A DNA stretch of 64,000 bases from Squalus acanthias (GCA_030390025.1 CM059432.1:113214001-113278000); one strand, 5' to 3'. Shown: positions 49,175 through 62,404, counted from the first letter of the stretch. Program-made: numbers and translations. The notes: a model not told the origin generated them from the letters alone.

Positions 49175-51060
49175 TAACTGTTCACTCTTGTGCAATCCCT
49201 TATTGCCTGTCGTTACTGTGCCTTTGCCTACTCTAGTGCTCCTATGAAGTGTTGGCCCAGTGGCTGCAGCAGGGCTGGTGGAAGGCTGCTGAGTGTCCGT
49301 GCGGGAGACTTCAGATGGCCTTGCAGGACGCCCTCAACCAGCTCTGGGCCTGGAAGGCCTGGCTGTAGACTGCACCACCTCAGCATGGTTGACAGCAGTC
49401 TGGGCTGGCTGGATGCCAGGCAGCGACAAGAGCAATGGCAGAGTGACAGTGGTGGGAGCAGGAATGCAGTCATGCTGAGAGAGGACAGCAGCTTCCTGCT
49501 CTACTGACCCACTGCCACTCCCCTGGGGCAGCAACTCAGCATCACTACCAATCTGTTGGAGCACAGATTGCTGGCCTTCTGTGACACCGTGAAAGCCCCG
49601 GTCGATGGTGGTAGACCCAGCCACAATGGCAGCAGTCAGAGCTTGCGTGGTATCAAGCTGAGACTGCATGAGAGCAATCTGAGATTGAATGGCACCAACC
49701 ATAGACTGCATTACAGCACTAAGATGTTGCATCACTTCCGCCTGTGTTGCAATGGAAGCTGCCAGATTGCCTATCACACGCGGCCTCAGGACTGGGTCGC
49801 CACGGTCTCTCTGGGAGTCTACCATCCTTTGCAGACTGGAAATGATGGGCTTCATGGTGTGCGCAGAGCTCTGTGCAATGTTGGAGGTGGACTCCTCCAC
49901 ACTCCTTATCATTGCCGAGAGGCTCTCGGGCACCCTTGCCATTGCACCTATCATCTCCGTGTGCATGCCCATCACCCTTCTTCTAAAGACCTCCCCATCG
50001 AGGTCCTCATCTGAGTCCTGTGCAGCAGAACTCGCGCGCGAACTCACCCTCCATGGAGCTGGCCCCCGAGCTACCCTTTCCCCCTGGCCTTGCTGCAGCC
50101 CACTCGTTCCTGGTGCTTCACCCAGTGCAGATCCCACTACTATACTAGCCTCTAAAGAACGCGTACTGCCAGTATCTGAGAAATGCAGTGACACGGTGTG
50201 TTCTTCCTCCTCCCGCCTCGTTCTCAACGGTACCCTCAGCGACAGGCTGCTCAGATGCTTGCTCATTATCTGAAAGCATAAAGGCACAAGATTCGGGTTA
50301 AGGTGAGGGGAGGGAGCAGGAAGGGAGAAATGCATGCATAACGCATGATTAGCTGGAAAGTGCGAAACTTTTGTGGTGTGAAGGGGAAGTGGGATGTGAG
50401 AAGAAGGACTAGGGATGAACATACCATTGTTGTCCCCAAGGGGGTCAATGTCGCCGGTGGCCACGGTGCCCACCACCTGGCGCCCAATAATCTGCAGGAC
50501 GCGATTCTCCAGCTCAGACAGTGGTTGGGTGTTGGCTTGTCCCCCGCCTGTGCGCTCCTGCTCCCTCCTGTTGTGAGCCACCTTGGCCTGCAAGAGAAAG
50601 GAAAGTGTGTGAGTGAGTGTGGAGCAATGTGTTTGGGTGATGTGCCTGCCATAGTTGAATAGCTGTCATTGTGTGCACGGTGTGAGATGTGGATGTGAGT
50701 GTTGGTAGGTAGAGATTGTTGGTGGGTGAGTGCTGGGAGTGTGGTTCTTTGGGCAGTGTGTGAACATTGTGGCTCAGGTGGTGGTATGTAGCATTTGTTG
50801 AAGCATTGACTCACCCTGACCATCCGAGTGAGGTTGTTAAATTTTTTCCTGCACTGTGTGTTCGATTTGGGGACCACAGTGCTGCCCGAGACACGCTGGG
50901 CCACCTCCCTCCACATTGTGCGGAAGACTTGCGGCGAGGGCCTCCTGCCACTTGCCGGGTACAGCACTGCCCTCCGTCTTTCCACTGGGAACACCAACGC
51001 CTCCAATGCATGGTTGCAGAAAATGCAGGCTCGCTCCATGAGGCGTGGATTTGCCATCAT
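49175..51060 (-). pseudogene. H3 Myb/SANT-like gene, 3 exons (~51060-50815, 50587-50425, 50269-49175)
   Basis: MWREVAQRVS..QCRKKFNNL, ERTGGG; canonical gtgagt/gtatgt donors and cag acceptors. Confidence 0.8.
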
Positions 51061-51872
51061 TACAGCTGTTTGAGTTGTCTGGCTCCTTCTCCTTGAGCTG
51101 CTGCTGCTGGCTGAGACGGCTGCATAGCCAGCAATGCTGAGAATGAGGTTCTGCAGCATCAATGAATCTCCTCTTTAAGAACTGGAAAGAGCCTGTGGCA
51201 ATGATGACTTGTGTTTCGGCTGCACCTGATATTGGTCAGCGCTTCAACTTTAACGCCACTGAGCTAGGCCATTAGCGCTTGATTTAGCGCTGCAATCCTT
51301 TCTTTGTGCAATGAGACTGAAATTTGCGTGCAATCTGATGCATTCGCACCTGCCGCTAATTCTCAAACTTTTCAAAAGTTACTGCCCACTCCTGGGCTAT
51401 AATGAATTTCTCCCCCTAAGTTTTTTAATTTGAGTGGATGTTTCCCCACACTAACAGAAGGGAATCAAAAATTGACAAATGATGAATTAACCTATTGGGC
51501 TGTCAGAAGCCACAATGGATTTTCTGTTTTTTCTTTGAAGCAGTGGACCAGATAAGAGTTGATGGTGCAAGATTACCGAGAGTGGTTCTTTGATATGAAA
51601 TGACTTCAAGGTGTTACAGAGCTTGAACTTTGCTGGGAAAGTGCAGGGGGAGCTCCAGTAATGTTCAGAGTTTAAGTACTGAATGTTGCAGCGTGGTGAC
51701 AAAAAAATTGAACTTAAGACTTTGCCTTTCTAATTGTTATCTTTCAAGACACATTTCTTGCGGGGGAAGTTAAACGACTTGCATCCAAACACAATTGTTA
51801 CTTTTGTTTTTCTTTTGTAAAATCACGAGCCTGGACATAATTTGTTTGTTAAATTAAAATCATAGAATCATA

Positions 51873-52617
51873 GGGGGAAAAATTCAGCTGCTTGCGCCTC
51901 CCGTTAGCGCCTTAAGAGGGCGCTAATGGGGCGTAAAGCAGCTAACGCCCGGGCGCAGCGCCGCCCACGCCTCCCGAAAACTTTAGTGGGAGGTTAGCGG
52001 CGGCGGCAGCCGGTAGCGCCCTGTGGCGCTGCGCCGCCGGCGATGACGTCATCGCCGTGCGCAGCACCCCGCTCGCGCCCCGGCCGTGATCTTCAGTCGC
52101 GCCCCCTGATTTACCGCCAGACGCTATGTCCAACGGGTTCAGGGAGGCGTACGTGCGGCCGGGGCGGCGATTTTTGTTGCTGGCCGCCTGCCAGCACCTG
52201 CCCCCGTTGCTGTCCCCGGCCCCCGTGAAGCCCCCCCACCGTGAAGTGCCGGCTGCGCTCCAAGAGCCCGGCACTTCTCTTGAGTGCCGGGCTCTTTTGC
52301 CGGCACTCCCGATCCCTGGGGGCCCAGCTGGGCCCCGGTTCGCGCTGCGCAGGGTCCCTCCCCTTTAAGAAGGGGAGGAAGGCCTGCAATACCGCGGCGC
52401 GACGTGCCGCAGCGCGTGGCGCTGCGGCACGTAGCGCCAGGATATTCACTCGCAGCGCCCCAAGAGGGATGCGGGGTGCTTCCAGTGGCGCCCCGCTTCC
52501 CTCTTGGGGCGCAACCACTGAAGTTCCGGCGCGGGGCCGCTAATTTTTTCGGGGCGCTAAAAGTCGCGCCCCGGCGAGGTTAGCGCCCCAAATGGGGCGC
52601 GACTCAATTTTTACCCC
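51873..52617. mobile_element. GC-rich Harbinger-derived MITE in a CR1 tail
   Basis: TIR GGGGGAAAAATTCAG / GGGGTAAAAATTGAG, ATA TSD; many TAGCGCC/GGCGCTA motifs. Confidence 0.88.
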
Positions 52618-52770
52618 ATAGAATCATAGAAGGAAGGAGGCCATTTCAGCCCATCGTGTCCGCACCGGCCAACAAAGAGCTATGCAGCCTAATCCCACTT
52701 CCCAGCTCTAGGCCCGTAGCCCTGCAGGTTACAGCATCCCAGGTGGACATCCAAGTACTTTTTAGATGTG

Positions 52771-52860
52771 ACTTCACCTGACGAAGGAGCAGCGCTCCGA
52801 AAGCTTGTGATTTCTAATAAAGCTGTTGGACTATAACCTGGTGTTGTGCGACTTCTCACA
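52771..52860 (+). mobile_element. 90-bp Penelope-like terminal insertion (family B)
   Basis: 12-bp TSD tttttagatgtg / tttttaaatgtg; hammerhead followed by AATAAA. Confidence 0.8.
52774..52810 (+). ncRNA. Minimal type I hammerhead ribozyme (family B)
   Basis: tcac-CTGACGA-A-ggagc-agc-gctcc-GAAA-gctt-gtga; palindromic AAGCTT stem III. Confidence 0.8.
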
Positions 52861-54005
52861 TTTTTAAATGTGGTTAGGGTTTCTGCCTCTACCACCCTTT
52901 CAGGCAGTGAGTTCCAGACCCCCACAACCCTCTGGGTGAAGAAATTTCCCCTCAAATCCCCTCTCAACCTTCGACCAATTACTTTAAATCTGTGCCCCCT
53001 GGTTTTTGACCCCTCTGCTAAGGGAAGTAGGTCCTTTCTATCCACTTTATCTAGGCCCCTCATAATTTTATACACCTCAATAAGGTCTCCCCTCAGCCTC
53101 CTCTGTTCCAAGGAAAACAAACCCAGCCTATCCAGTCTTTCCTCATAGCTGAGATTCTCTACTCCCGGCAACATCCTTGTAAATCTCCTCTGTACCCTCT
53201 CTAGTGCAATCACATCTTTCCTGTAATGTGGTGACCAGAACTGCACGCAGTATTCTAGCTGAGGCCTAACTAGTGTTTTATACAGTTGAAGCATAACCCC
53301 CCTGCTCTTGTATTCTATGCCACGGCTAATAAAGGAAAGCATTCCGTATGCCTTCTTAACCACCTTATCTACCTGGCTTGCTACCTTCAGGGATCTGTGG
53401 ACATGCACTCCAAGGTCCTTTTGTTCCTCTACACTACTCAGTGACCTACCATTTAATGTGTATTCCCTTTCCTTGTTAGCCCTCCCCAAATGCATTACCT
53501 CACACTTCTCCGAATTGAATTCCATTTGCCACTGTTCTGCCCACCTGACCAATTGATGAGTTAAATTGATACGAGTTGCTGCTCAAGCACTCGGAAAGGG
53601 AAATTTGTCTGAAATTTAAGGGGATAATCAAATTTTATTTTTGAAAAGGTCCAGTCTACATGGTTCTGTCTAAACTGTGTGTTAAGAAAGAGGTTTTTTG
53701 TGGGAGACTGTTGTGTTAAAGGTGGCTGACATCCCTCATCTTGCTAACTGAATTGCTCTCTGGCATATTTTGGGGAATAAAAAATCCAATAAGAGTTTAA
53801 GCAGAATGAACAAAAATGAGTTGATAACTTGGATTGGTTTGGAAACTTCTGTTAAATGGTGATAATCATATTGTATTGGACATTAACGTTTCTTCAGGGC
53901 TCCTGAATGAGATGAAATGGTAATATAATGGGAATCTTTCTAACATCATTTTCCTAGGTGATTATGAGTGAATTGCAGGGGTTAGGAAAAGATGTGTGAA
54001 TGCAT

Positions 54006-54090
54006 CCCTGACGAAGGAGCAGCCGCTCCGAAAGCTTGTGATTTCAAATAAAGCTGTTGGACTATAACCTGGTGTTGTGCAACTTCTCAT
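54006..54090 (+). mobile_element. Penelope-like terminal fragment (family B) with hammerhead core
   Basis: CTGACGA-A-ggagc-agcc-gctcc-GAAA-gctt-gtga; near-identical to 52777-52860. Confidence 0.75.
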
Positions 54091-56249
54091 GATTCATGAA
54101 AGGATTTTCAATTTTGTATCAGTGTAAATTCTATTGAAAGTCAGGAAAGTGTAGGTGAGAATCATTAATTGATAGGTTTCTCTTGGAGATGTTTGTGTCT
54201 TTGCCTATACTGAACAATGAGAAATGTATTTGATAGAATGACCACTACCCTAAACATTGGGGCCATGCAGGGAGAGATGAGAAAAGACCTCCAATCTTTT
54301 GATAAGATAAGTTAAGAGCCCAGGAATGGCTTGTATCGGATGTCACGTGTGGAATGATACTGGGATACCGTGTGTGCAAATGTGATATGTTGCACATGAG
54401 GTAACTACATGCGGAACTGCATGGTGAAGATGCTCTGAAGAACGGGTCTCAGACATGCTCAGTTATTGGACAACAGCACGACATGAAATGGTTAATGCGG
54501 ATCAGGAGAGTGAGACAAATTTTATTCAAGGCACTGATACACATACTCCATAGTGAAACTGACTTTTTAATGAAACAATATACAGTTAAACACACTGGTA
54601 CCTGTCAGAGGGACTGAAATTAAATTAAAGAGGGACATAGGATTTGGATTTCTATAATTCAGGGTGGAGATCACACTGGAATTGGAATAACTGAAAGCTA
54701 ATGGGGAATGATACTTAGTGAGAATATCCACAAGATGCATAATGGTACCAGGAGGGCTGGATAATTCTTTTAAGTCCATGAGTACTTGATCATAGGGTAA
54801 ACTGTAATGTTCTGTACAATGAAATATGTTTATCTTTGTGTGTGTCATGATGTGTAATATTACCCAAGTTAAACATAGACAAGACCTCTGCAGTTTAAAA
54901 CCCTAACATTAAATGACTGACAGTGTATATGAAATGATGTAATGCTGATGTTGAAAAGGGGATGTCTACCTTTGGAAATCATGAATGGTGGGTGAAAGTT
55001 AAAACATAGTTCAGCGCCTATGGACTAGAATTACACTGAATAAACAGTCTACCTCATTATATGAGCTTCTTCTTCTTCTTAGGCAGTCCCTCGGAACCGA
55101 GCATGCATGTGAGGGGAGGAGTGTGCTCAATTGTCCTGTCCTGGACCATTTGCACAAGCCTGGGACACCCTTGGTGCAGGCTCGCCCCCTGGCAGAAGCA
55201 GGAGCATAACTGCAGCCCAAGGAATGTTCGATTGGGGGGGTTGGGGTGGCGGGGGGTGGGGGGGGGGGCATGCGGGTGGCGGTATAGAGATGTAATTAAC
55301 TTGTGGCTTCCAGAAATCTTCAGCTGGCCCCTGGGACCCCCGCAGATCCTCCAGTCTGTGCAGGGTTCTGGTACAATCCCACCACCAGCTTTTATTTGGG
55401 TATCCACAAATGCACACAGAGGAAAATTAGAGTAGAGAACAGCCCCACTCCACCTATGGTTGCCAACTGTGGTTGAATGTATTCATGCAGGTTTCATCAT
55501 GTGACCTCCTGCTGCCAAATGTCCCGCCCCCACACTCCTGCCATCTGTTGCTGTTTACTAATACAAATACTAATAAACATCTTTTGTGCAGTGATAGAGC
55601 TGTTTTCCTTTAGGTAGCATTTGGATGTTCGGATAGTGGATACCTGGGAACGTGTCAATATTTTGCAGGGGGATACCACACAGAAAAAAATTGAAATACA
55701 CTATTTTGAAGAGAAGCCAGCTCCGAAAAGATGTCCTGGCCTGTGTCATTGGTTTAATACCAGGCCTTCTGGAAGCTGTTTACAACAGGCAGGTGATCTT
55801 CAATCACATTCCTAATTAGAAAATCATCTGGCTGTGTATAAAATCCATCATTATAAGATAATTAAGAGATAAATGTTGCAGCTCCGCCACCCGCCCACAT
55901 ACCAATAAGTAGTGCCCACATGAGTAAGCACTGAGACCGCAGAGTGAGACGTCTAATTACCATTATCACTTCTGGATTTTCCAGCGCACATTGGGAATGC
56001 TGCATCGGACAAACAGCCCACTGCCTGCGCTGAGATAGGCTTGTGATGACTAATACCAGTTTGATGAGGGAATATAACAAGGATAAAGGAGGATTAAGAA
56101 TGCGATGGGGTAAATATTTCCAGGACTGAAAGGTGACCAAACACTCTATAACCAATGTTCCCTCTTTGTTTGGGTACGTGGCCCATTCACAGTTTTGCGC
56201 AGAAACTTTACGTTGAAAAAGCCGGTCCCGGGCTGCGCAGTGGGAGAAG

Positions 56250-58777
56250 AGGGGGACAAAGAACACACTGCATTTCTCCACCCACAGGCACCAGCTCAGA
56301 TACTGGCACTACATGTTCTTTAGAGGCTAGTATAGTAGCAGGATCTGCACAAGGTGATGCACCAGGGATGAGGGGGCTGCAGCAAGGCCAGGGGAAAGGG
56401 TAGCTCGGTGGACAGCTCCCTGGAGGGTGAGTTTGCGCACGAGTTCTGCTGCACAGGACACAGATGAGGACCTCGACGGGGAGGCCTTTAGAAGAAGGGT
56501 GATGGGCATGCACATGGAGATGATAGGTGCAATGGCAAGGGTGCCCGAGAGCCTCTCGGCAATGGTAAGGAGCAAGGAGGAGTCCGCCTCCAACATTGCA
56601 CAAGGCTCTGTGCGCACCATGGAGCCCATCATTTCCAGTCTGCAAAAGATGGTAGACTCCCAGAGAGACCGTGGTGACCCTGACCTGATGCCGCGTGTGA
56701 TAGGCAATCTGGCAGCTTCCATTGCAGCACAGGCGGAAGCGACGCAACGTTTTAGTGCTGTAATGCAGTCTATCGTTGGTGCCATCGATTCTCAAACTGC
56801 TCTCATGCAGTCTCAGCCTGATGCCACACAAGCTCTGACTGCTGCCATCGTGGCTGGGTCTACCACCATCGACCGGGGCTTTTACGGTGTCGCAGCAGGC
56901 CAGCCATCTGTGCTCCAACAGATTGCTAGGGATGCTGAGATGCTGCCCCGGGGGAGTGGCAGTGGGTCAGTGGAACAGGATCCTGCTGTCCTCTCTCAGG
57001 ATAACAGCATTCCTGCTCCCACCACTGGCACTCCGCCATTGCCCTTGTCGCTGACTGTCATCCAGCCAGCCCAGACTGCTGCCGCCCATGCTGAGGTGGT
57101 GCAGTCTACAGCCAGGCCTTCCAGGCCCAGAGCTGGTCGAGCGCATTCTGCAAGGCCATCTGAAGTCTCCCGCACGGACACTCAGCAGCCTTCCACCAGC
57201 CCTGCTGCAGCCACTGGGCCAACACTTCATAGGAGCACTAGAGTAGGCAAAGGCACAGTAACGAGAGGCAATAAGGGATTCCACAAGAGTGAATAGTTAA
57301 TATTGTTGTTTTAAATATGTGTTCACTGATGATTGATAAATTTATTAATTGGCTTTGGATGATTTTCTGGTGTCTCTCATTTCAGCTTTGCGCTGTGAAA
57401 TGGCCTGTGACAGGGATGAATGATGGGGATGTGGTGAGCAACGGGGATCTGGGGTTTAACTTATTGGAACCACAGTCTGATGAGGCGGTCACAGAAGGCC
57501 AATTGAGTGGCTGCCTCCTCCCTCGCTCCTGTTCCTCCTCATCTTCCTCTTCCTCCTCGTCCTCGTCCTCCTCCTCCTCTCCCTCTTCCTCCTCCTGAGG
57601 TGGTCCCGCAATCCCTGGTGGCAAGGGCTGGGCCCTCCTGATGGCCAAGTTGTGGAGCATGCAGCAGACCACGACGAAATGGGACACCCGCTCAACTGAG
57701 TACTGGAGGGCTCCTCCCGAACGGTCAAGGCAGCGGAACCATTGCTTGAGCACTCCGATGGTCTGCTCAATGATATTCCTGGGGGCAGCATGGCTCTCAT
57801 TATATGAGTGCTGGGCAGGAGTGCTGGGGTTGCGGATGGGAGTCATGAGCCAGGTGGAGAGTGGATAGCCCTTGTCTCCGACCAGCCAGTTGCGAGCTTG
57901 ACGTGGTGGCTGGAAGAGTGCTGGTGCAGGATGAAGGCATTGTGGCTGCTGCCAGGATAGCGGGCATTCACATTGAGGATTAGCTGTCTGTGGTCGCACA
58001 CCAACTGCACATTAAGTGAAGGTTAGTCTTTGTGGTTACGGAAGATCTCAGGATTGTTATGCGGTGCCCGCAAAGCCACATGGGTGCAGTCAATGGCGCC
58101 CTGCACCATGGGGAAGCCCGCTATCCTGGCAAAGCCACATGCACGTTCATTCTGCTTCTCTCTGGTGATGGGGAAGGAAATGTAGTCCCTTCGCCTACTG
58201 TAGAGAGCCTCTGTGACCGCCCGGATGCAGCGATGGATGATGAACTGCGAGATGTTCGCTATATCTCCTGTTGCAGACTGCAAGGAACCGCTGGTAAAGA
58301 AATTGAGGGCAACTGTGACCATGACTGCCATTGAGAGAGCCGTGGTCGCCCTGATCTGAGGCTGCCACAACACTCCTGATACTAAAGAACCTTTAAATGA
58401 CTGAATTAAACTCTTGCACAATCGCAAACTGACAAGGAAGCAGTGAAACAGCACTAACCTGACAGCTGCGACTCATCCCTTTAAATATTGCCACTAGAGC
58501 CTCCATCCGCCTGCTTCACGCCTCCTGTCTCTGTTGTTGTCGGGACGAAGTGTTAAGGCAGGGGGTGATAATCAATTTGGCAGATCGGGCGCTCACTGAC
58601 GTCATGATCTGCCTGGCGCTAAAGCCCCAGGCGCTAACTGTTAGCGATGGCGCTGAGGGGTGATGAGATTTGGTGTGCGGCGCTGGATTCGCCTGCCCCA
58701 CTGCTACATCATTAGCGCCCTGCTAGTGTTCCTGCCAGGTGCTAATGGGAGGCGCTAAGCAACTGAATTTCTCCCCC
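56250..58777. mobile_element. PIF/Harbinger H4, same family as H3, inverted, one end missing
   Basis: Myb exon 3 ORF 56427-57296 (+); transposase pieces 57382-58360 (-) with GAIDCTH, GDKGYP; TIR ctgaatttctccccc ending 58777. Confidence 0.88.
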
Positions 58778-60930
58778 ATAGTGCCTTTAATGTAGTAAAA
58801 CGTCCCAAGGTGCTTCACAGGAGTGTTATAAAACAGAAAATTTGACACCAAGCCACATAAGTAGAAATTAGGGCAGATGACCAAAAGCTTGGTCAAAGAG
58901 GTAGGTTTTAAGGAGCGTCTTAAAGGAGGAGAGAGAGGTATGGAGGCGGAGCGGTTGAGGGAAGGAATTCCAAGCTTAGGGACTAGGCAACAGAAGGTAC
59001 GGCCACCAATGGTTGAGCGATTATAATCAGGGATGCTCAAGAGGGCAGAATTAGAGGAGCGCAGATATCTCGGGGGGGTTGTGGGACTGAAGGAGATTAC
59101 AGAGATAGGGAGGGGCGAGGCCATGGAGGGATTTGAAAACAAGGATGAGAATTTTGAAATCGAGGCACTGCTTAACCGGGAGCCAATGTAGGTCAGTGAG
59201 TACAGGGGTGATGGGTGAACTGGACTTGGTGCGAGTTAGGACATGGGCAGCAGAGTTTTGGATGACCTCAAGTTTACATAGGGTGGAATGTGGGAGGCCA
59301 GCCAGGAGTGTGCTGGAATAGTCAAGTCTAGAGGTACCAAAAGCCTGGATGAGGGTTTCAGCAGCGGATGAGCTGAGGCAAGGGTGGAGACGGGCGATGT
59401 TACGGAGGTGGAAGTAGGCGGTCTTTGTTATGCTGCAGATATGTGGTCGGAAGCTCATTTCAGGGTCAAATATGACACCAAGGTTGCGAACAGTGTGGGT
59501 CAGCTTCAGACAGGGAGAGGAATGGAGTCAATAGCTAGGTAATGGAGTTTGTGGCAGGGAGTGAAAACAATGGCTTCAGTCTTTCCAATATTTAATTGGA
59601 TAAATTTCTGCTCATCCAGAACTGTATGTTGGACAAGCAGTATGAAAATTTAGAGACCGTGGAGGGGTCGAGAGAAGTTGTGGTGAGGTCGAGCTGGGTG
59701 TCATCAGCGTACATGTGGAAATTGACATCGCCAAGGGGCAGCATGCAGATGAGAAATAGGAGGGGGCCAAGGACACATCCTTGGGGGACACCAGAGGTAT
59801 CGATGCGGGAGCAGGAAGAGAAGCCATTGCAGGTGATTCTCTGGCTACGATTAAATACATGAGAATGGAACCAGGCGAGTGCAGTCCCACCCAGCTGGAT
59901 GACGGTGGAGAGGCGTTGGAGGAGAATGGAGTGGTCAACCATGTTAAAGGCTGCTGACAAGTCAAGAAGGACGAGGAGGGATAGTTTACCTTTGTCACAG
60001 TCACAAAGGATGTCATTTGTGACTTTGATGAGAGCTGTTTCGGTACAGTGGCAAGGGCGGAAACCTGATTAGAGGGATTCAAACATGGAGTTGTGGGAAA
60101 GATGGCCACAGATTTGGGAGGCGACAACACATTCAAGGCCTTTGGAGAGGAAAGGGAGGTTGGAGATGGGGCGGTAGTTTGCAAGGACGGAGGGATCAAG
60201 GGTTGGTTTTTTGAGGAGAGGGGTGATGACAGCAGATTTGAGGGAGAAGGGGACAGTACCTGAGGAGAGAGAACCGTTAACAATGTCAGCTAACGGGGGA
60301 GCCAGAAAAGGAAGTTGGGTGGTCAGCAGTTTGGTGGGAATAGGGTCGAGGGAGCAGGAGGTGGGTCTCATAGACAAGATGAGCGCAGAGAGGTCATGAG
60401 GGGCGATCGGAGAGAAACTGGAGAAAGATGTGAGTTCAGGGCTAGGGCAGGGGGGAACCTTAGAGGAAGTTTAGCCCAGTGGGCTAGGGGAAGGAAGGGA
60501 AGTGGCAGAGGCAGCTGAACGGATGGTCTCAATTTTAGAGACAAAGAAGTCTATGAGCTCCTCACAGTTGTTGTTGGAGGTGAGTGTGGAGGAGACAGGG
60601 GAGAGGGGTTTAAGCAGACAGTTAGCAGTAGAGAATAGGAGCCAGGGTTTATCTTTGCATTCCAGAATGATTTTGGAATAGTGAACAATTTTGGCAGGCG
60701 AGCTATGTGGTCCAGCCAGATCTGGTGGTGAATGGCTAAACCAGTTGTCTGCCATATCTGTTCAAGTCTGCTTCCCTTGGACTTAAGGGAGCTAATATGA
60801 GAGCCATACCAGGGGGAGCGGCCAGGGTAATTGTTTTAATAGGGACTAGGGCATCAGAAGTGGTAGTGAGGGTGTGGTTGAGCAGATCGATAGCTGCAAA
60901 ATTGTCGTGGTGAATGGAGGGCCAAATTAC
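58778..60930 (-). mobile_element. L2 LINE, 5'-truncated, decayed
   Basis: ANYRPISNL, GVPQG..LGP, YADDTQL, SRLDY. Confidence 0.88.
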
Positions 60931-60989
60931 AGTCAGCACGAGTGGAAATGTTTACCAGTCAAAGTTTACTGTGGTGAAATCACATTGGA

Positions 60990-61640
60990 GGCCCAGATTT
61001 TGCTGGAGGGGGCACCTCGCGGTGTGCCCCGTTAGTTGGACAATTTTCCCTTACCGATCAGCTCAAAAACATTTTGCGCTGTAAATTGCTGGAGGTGTGA
61101 GTTTATAGCAGCGTGGGCAGGTTAACGGGCCATCTGAAACCTTGGTGAATGACAGGACCAACAGTCGCTCTCCTTAACCAATGAGATTTAAGGATTGAGA
61201 AAGACACAGAGGAACGACAGAGAAGGACATAGGGTGAATCAGTGTCAAATTTGGTACAGAAAGAGAAATAAAGAGAGGGAAAAAGAGAGAGAAAAAGAGA
61301 CAGAAAGGAAAAGTAAGAACAGAAATTTAAAATTAAAAAATTAAATTTCTAACAACAATTTACTACCTGTAGGAATGAGACTCCACAGTTTCAATTGTTA
61401 CCTTTCATTAAAAAGGTACTTAAATGCTTAAGCACTAGCCCTAACATTCTGCGGCAAGTTTAACTGGCAATTAATGTGCAAATGCAGCAATTTCTTGAAA
61501 CTCACGGGGAGGTTGAGGGTGAGCTGCCGTTTTTGCGGAGCTAATTGCACAGGGTATCCCTTCCTCGCCACAAGTTTCTGGACGATTTACACATGCATGC
61601 ACTTTAAACTCACCATTATTGTGGTAGTAAAATCTGGGCC
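60990..61640. mobile_element. MITE with 12-bp TIR GGCCCAGATTTT
   Basis: Perfect TIR pair; right part similar to 26490-26660; TSD not resolved. Confidence 0.65.
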
Positions 61641-62404
61641 ATTGTGTGATCTTAAGTGCATCTAGGTCACAGCATCTGTGGCAGTTTCAGCATTTTGTTC
61701 ACCACCTTTTCAACCACTTAAAATGAGTACATGGGCCCATACTACATTCTGGGCCTAGAACTGTCAACAATATTGAATGAATTTTGAAAAGTTATAGTGC
61801 CACCGATGCAAAGCTGAACTGGTGAAACACTGCCTCCTGGAGGTGGTCTCCCAATCAACGATATGCTGATAGGGTGAGATGAAGTAGGGTGGGAGGAGGC
61901 TCGTGAGGAGCATAAACACCGGCATAGACCAGTTGGGCCGCATGGCCTGCTTCTGTTCTGTAAATTCTATGTAATTCCATGTAACATCCAAAGCTGAACT
62001 GATACCCAGAGGTGACGACACAGTTTGTCTCGCTATGAAGTCAAAAACATTTTGCAGAGATGCAAAATGTACAATATAACTAGTAGTAGGGATTTAGTGG
62101 TAAAACTCATGGACAGTAGCTGATGCTCACCATTCTGTAGTCACTTATACTGGCTCTGTGTCTATTCATGCTATTGATGAAACTCCAACAGATATTTTCA
62201 GAAGTATTTGATGAGAGCTTAAGTGAATTTAACATTGCTGTTTGACTTTGATCTGCTTATCCAGGAACTAGGTACTAGGTTATCTCAGTTGGAATGGAGG
62301 GAAGAGGTACTTAGAGTGGGAGGAGGCTTGTGCGGAGGATAAACACCGCTATAGACCAGTTGGACCAAATGGCCCGTTTCTGTGCTGTAGATTTTATGCA
62401 AATC

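Larger units (their letters stand above)
47333..51416. mobile_element. PIF/Harbinger transposon H3, complete 4084-bp structure
   Basis: TIR GGGGGAAAAATTCA / GGGGGAGAAATTCA, TAA TSD (47330-32/51417-19). Confidence 0.93.
52618..53557 (-). mobile_element. CR1 3' fragment
   Basis: ORF 52689-53552; (catagaat)n tail split by the MITE. Confidence 0.88.
45940..54965 (+). mobile_element. Decayed internal region of the ERV-like element (interrupted by H3, a MITE, CR1 and PLE fragments)
   Basis: Splice-donor-like gtgagt ~45958, coiled-coil ORF remnants 46270-46952, purine tract aaaagggga-TG ~54955; no pol motifs recognised; 3' extent uncertain. Confidence 0.4.

Noticed and set aside
51873..52617. CpG-island promoter and overlapping GC-rich ORFs
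   Set aside because: Fully explained by a TIR/TSD-bounded MITE with a homologue at 8575.
54963..55100. 3' LTR of the ERV-like element
   Set aside because: A purine tract plus TG is present, but the following sequence does not match 45301-45901.
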